Below are positions 61,430 to 64,000 of a DNA stretch of 64,000 nt, one piece after another. Under the pieces are notes generated by a model, which was not told where the DNA came from, made no database searches, and saw nothing but the letters and a program-made list of their open reading frames with translations. Within the stretch, counting starts at the first letter, position 1. Every line of letters starts with the position of its first letter. The stretch comes from Malacoraja senta (Eukaryota), in the NCBI GenBank assembly GCA_038087875.1, contig CM075997.1, forward strand, positions 4,962,001 through 5,026,000, read 5' to 3'. The position numbers were made by a program, and so were the translations under genes.

Positions 61430-61808
61430 CAGGTCCACCACCGATTTTCTGACAACCGGTGTATCCCTTTAATCCGTTCAAAATTAAGAGAGCGCACTTG
61501 AAAACCTCCCCCGAGAATGTGGCGCCTGGACCCGGCGAGGCGGCCGATCTCGACCTCATCGGGACTTCCGCGGCCAATCAGCGGGTCGAATCTGCTCCCT
61601 GCGGCCGGGGCTCTGGAACTCCGGCCCGGCCCGAGCCGGCAGATCCGTTCCCATAGTCGACTTCCGAGGCCGACTTTGCCGGTCGGTATCTCGGCCCCTC
61701 GGCCCCTCGGCGGCCTAGGCGGACCGTTCAGGTACCGTTGGACTCCTCTCGAAGGCCGTGACCTCTGTTGATCCGGCAAAACGGATAATCTGGAAAGGCT
61801 CTGGATAC
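61430..61808. mobile_element. Probable Tc1/mariner (Tigger-like) non-autonomous DNA transposon, right end missing
   Basis: TA|CAGGTCCACCACCGATTTTC terminus; CCGGCAAAACGGATAATC subterminal motif; CpG-rich interior. Confidence 0.45.
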
Positions 61809-61841
61809 AATCACACCTTTGTTTTAATGGAAAGATAGCTT

Positions 61842-62174
61842 GGAAAAACTTGGAAGATGCGATGGCATAAGTTTTAAGGTGAAGGGGGCAAAATTTAAAG
61901 GAGGTTCACAAAAGTGCTGGAGAAACTCAGAGGGTGAGGCAGCATCTATCACCTGCTGAGTTTCTCCAGCACTTTTGTCTACCTTCGATCTTCCAGCATC
62001 TGCAGTTCCTTCTTAAAAAAAAGTTTAAAGGAGGTTCACAAAAGTGCTGGAGAAACTCAGCGGGTGATAGATGCTGCCTCACCCTCTGAGTTTCTCCAGC
62101 ACTTTTGTCTACCTCCTTTAAATTGTGCCCCCTTCACCTCAAAACTTATGCCATCGCATCTTCCAAGTTTTTCC
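61842..62174. repeat. Long inverted repeat (~140-bp arms) of flank plus pLTR
   Basis: GGAAAAACTTGGAAGATGCGATGGCATAAG.. mirrored by ..CTTATGCCATCGCATCTTCCAAGTTTTTCC. Confidence 0.9.
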
Positions 62175-62399
62175 TTAGCAGCATCTATGGAGTGAAGGAA
62201 ATAGGCAACGTTTCGGGCCGAAACCCTTCTTCAGACTGACGGCCTTTAAAGGAGGTTGTTTTCTCTGGAGCATCGCTGGTTGAGGGGAGAACAGATAGAC
62301 AGACGTATGTAAAATGATGAGAAGCACAGATAGGGTGGATGGTCAGCATGGACTCAGTGGACCATAGGCCCTGTTTCCACGCTGTATCTTTCAATCAAT

Positions 62400-62695
62400 C
62401 TCTTGCCCAGAGTCGGTGAATCAAGGACCAGAGGACATTGGTTTAAGGTGAAGGGGGAAAGATTTAATAAATATCTGAGGGGTAACCTTTCCACACAAAA
62501 GGTGGTGGAGGTATGGAACAAGCTGCCTGAGGAAGTAGTTGAAGCATTTGAGAAACCGTTGGACAGGTACATGGTTAGGACATGTTTGGAGAGATATGGA
62601 CCAAACGCTGGCAGGTGGGACAAGTGTAGCTGGGGCATGTTGGCTCGTGTGGGCCGAAGGGCCTGTTTCCATGTTGTATGACTCAGTGACTTTCT
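62400..62695 (+). mobile_element. CR1 3' end
   Basis: PRVGESRTRGHWFKVKGERFN..WNKLPEEVVEA. Confidence 0.88.
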
Positions 62696-62829
62696 ATGGT
62701 CAAGTTAAAACTAACATTTTTAACAACTTTGGACTTGAATCATACCAAATGGCCCTGAAGACGTGGCAACTCTTATTCATCATCTCAGTGTCATCTACTA
62801 TTCCCACACTTGTACTGACTTATGATTGA

Positions 62830-63150
62830 AGTGTGAAAACGCACACCTCCAGATTCAGGGACAGTTTCTTCCCAGCTGTTATCAGGCAACTGAACCATCC
62901 TACCACAACCAGAGAGCAGTGCTGAACTAATATCTACCTCATTAGAGACCCTCGGACTATCTTTGATCGGTCTTTACTGGACTTTATCTTGCACTAAATG
63001 TTATTCACGTTATACCCTTATCATGTATCTGTACACTGTGGACGGCTCGATTGTAATCATGAATTGTCTTTCCGCTGACTGGTTTGCACTGGTTAACAAA
63101 AGCTTTTCACTGTACCTCGGTACACGTGACAATAAACTAAACTCAAACAG
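62830..63150 (+). mobile_element. Rex-like LINE 3' end
   Basis: SVKTHTSRFRDSFFPAVIRQLN; TGTACCTCGGTACA hairpin, AATAAA, (CTAAA) tail. Confidence 0.85.
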
Positions 63151-63415
63151 AGTAGCATTTTTACAGAACCGTATGGGAAAATGAATTTCATTGTACCATT
63201 GGACAAGTGACTGAAAACTATCTTTGAAACATAATATTGAGGAACAGGTGGAGAAACCAGCCGATACTGGGGCAGCTTTGAAGGACAAAATATCACCTTT
63301 ATTCCCAAGCCAAGATCGTGACATTCTTTGTGATTTTTGTTCCTTAAAGTTGTTTAAATCCTTCTTATTTAACAGACAAGTAGCCGTCCTGTTGGGTTCA
63401 AGTAACACAGTTACG

Positions 63416-63875
63416 ACCAGCGATCCCCACATACTTACACTATCCTACACACACTAGGGACAATTTACAATTTTACCGAAGCCAATTAGCCTACAAACCT
63501 GTACGTCTTTGGAGTGTGGGAGGAAACCGGAGCACCCGGAGAAAACCCACGCGGTCACGGGGAGAACGTACAAACTCCGTACAGACAGCACCCGTAGTCA
63601 GGATCGAACCCGGGTCTCTGGAGCTGAGAGGTGCTGACTGTACAGAGTGTGCATGTTCTCCCCATGATCTGTGCGTTTTTCTCCGAGATCTTCGGTTTCC
63701 TCCCACACTCCAAAGACGTACAGGTTTGTAGGTTAATTGGCCTGGTGTATGTGTAACTTGTCCCTACTGTGTGTCGGATAGTGTTAGTGTGCGGGGATCG
63801 CTGGTCAGAGCGGACTCGGTGGGCCGAAGGGCCTGTTTCCGTGCTGTATCGCTAAACTAAACTACACTAAACTAA
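63416..63875. mobile_element. Head-to-head inverted V-SINE pair
   Basis: Minus copy at 63416-63621 and plus copy at 63630-63875, both lacking 5' head parts. Confidence 0.85.
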
Positions 63876-64000
63876 AAAAAAAATGCTGATACCAAAAGCA
63901 AAACTCTGCAGATGCTGTAAATCTGAAATTAAATAGATTGGCACAAAAGTGTGTGGTATTGTCGATGGTGAAAATGCTTGTCTAAAATTGCAGCAGGTTC

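Noticed and set aside
1..64000. Host protein-coding genes among the listed ORFs
   Set aside because: The ORFs map to CR1, Rex, PLE or SINE sequence, antisense frames, N gaps or low-complexity DNA. I recognised no cellular domain or credible exon chain, though small exons cannot be excluded.

Overview
Eukaryotic, repeat-saturated non-coding DNA (intron or gene desert). The repeat complement points to a cartilaginous fish, probably a skate or ray (inference from HE1/V-SINE-like SINEs that share tails with CR1 LINEs). I found no supportable host-gene exon; every long ORF is transposon-derived. Contents: many 5'-truncated CR1 LINE 3' ends; tRNA-derived V-type SINEs; several Rex1/Babar-like LINE families, including a 2.6 kb APE+RT copy; Penelope-like elements (PLEs; RT plus Cys-linker plus GIY-YIG, Neptune-type) and many short derivatives of their terminal repeat (pLTR) carrying a minimal hammerhead ribozyme motif; PIF/Harbinger-type MITEs; a solo LTR; GC-rich non-autonomous elements with LINE tails; two 200-N gaps. 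Main findings: (1) 100-230 bp hammerhead-bearing fold-back pLTR elements with 12-16 bp target duplications (TSDs); (2) a composite of two inverted pLTRs around captured cargo, present twice 59 kb apart, once with a clean 11-bp TSD; (3) locally re-copied CR1-tail-plus-flank junctions; (4) two different LINEs inserted at the same nucleotide of one MITE family, one within a triple nest; (5) unique islands with clustered TF motifs. Family names come from motif recognition by eye, not database searches, and repeat boundaries are approximate unless a TSD is given.
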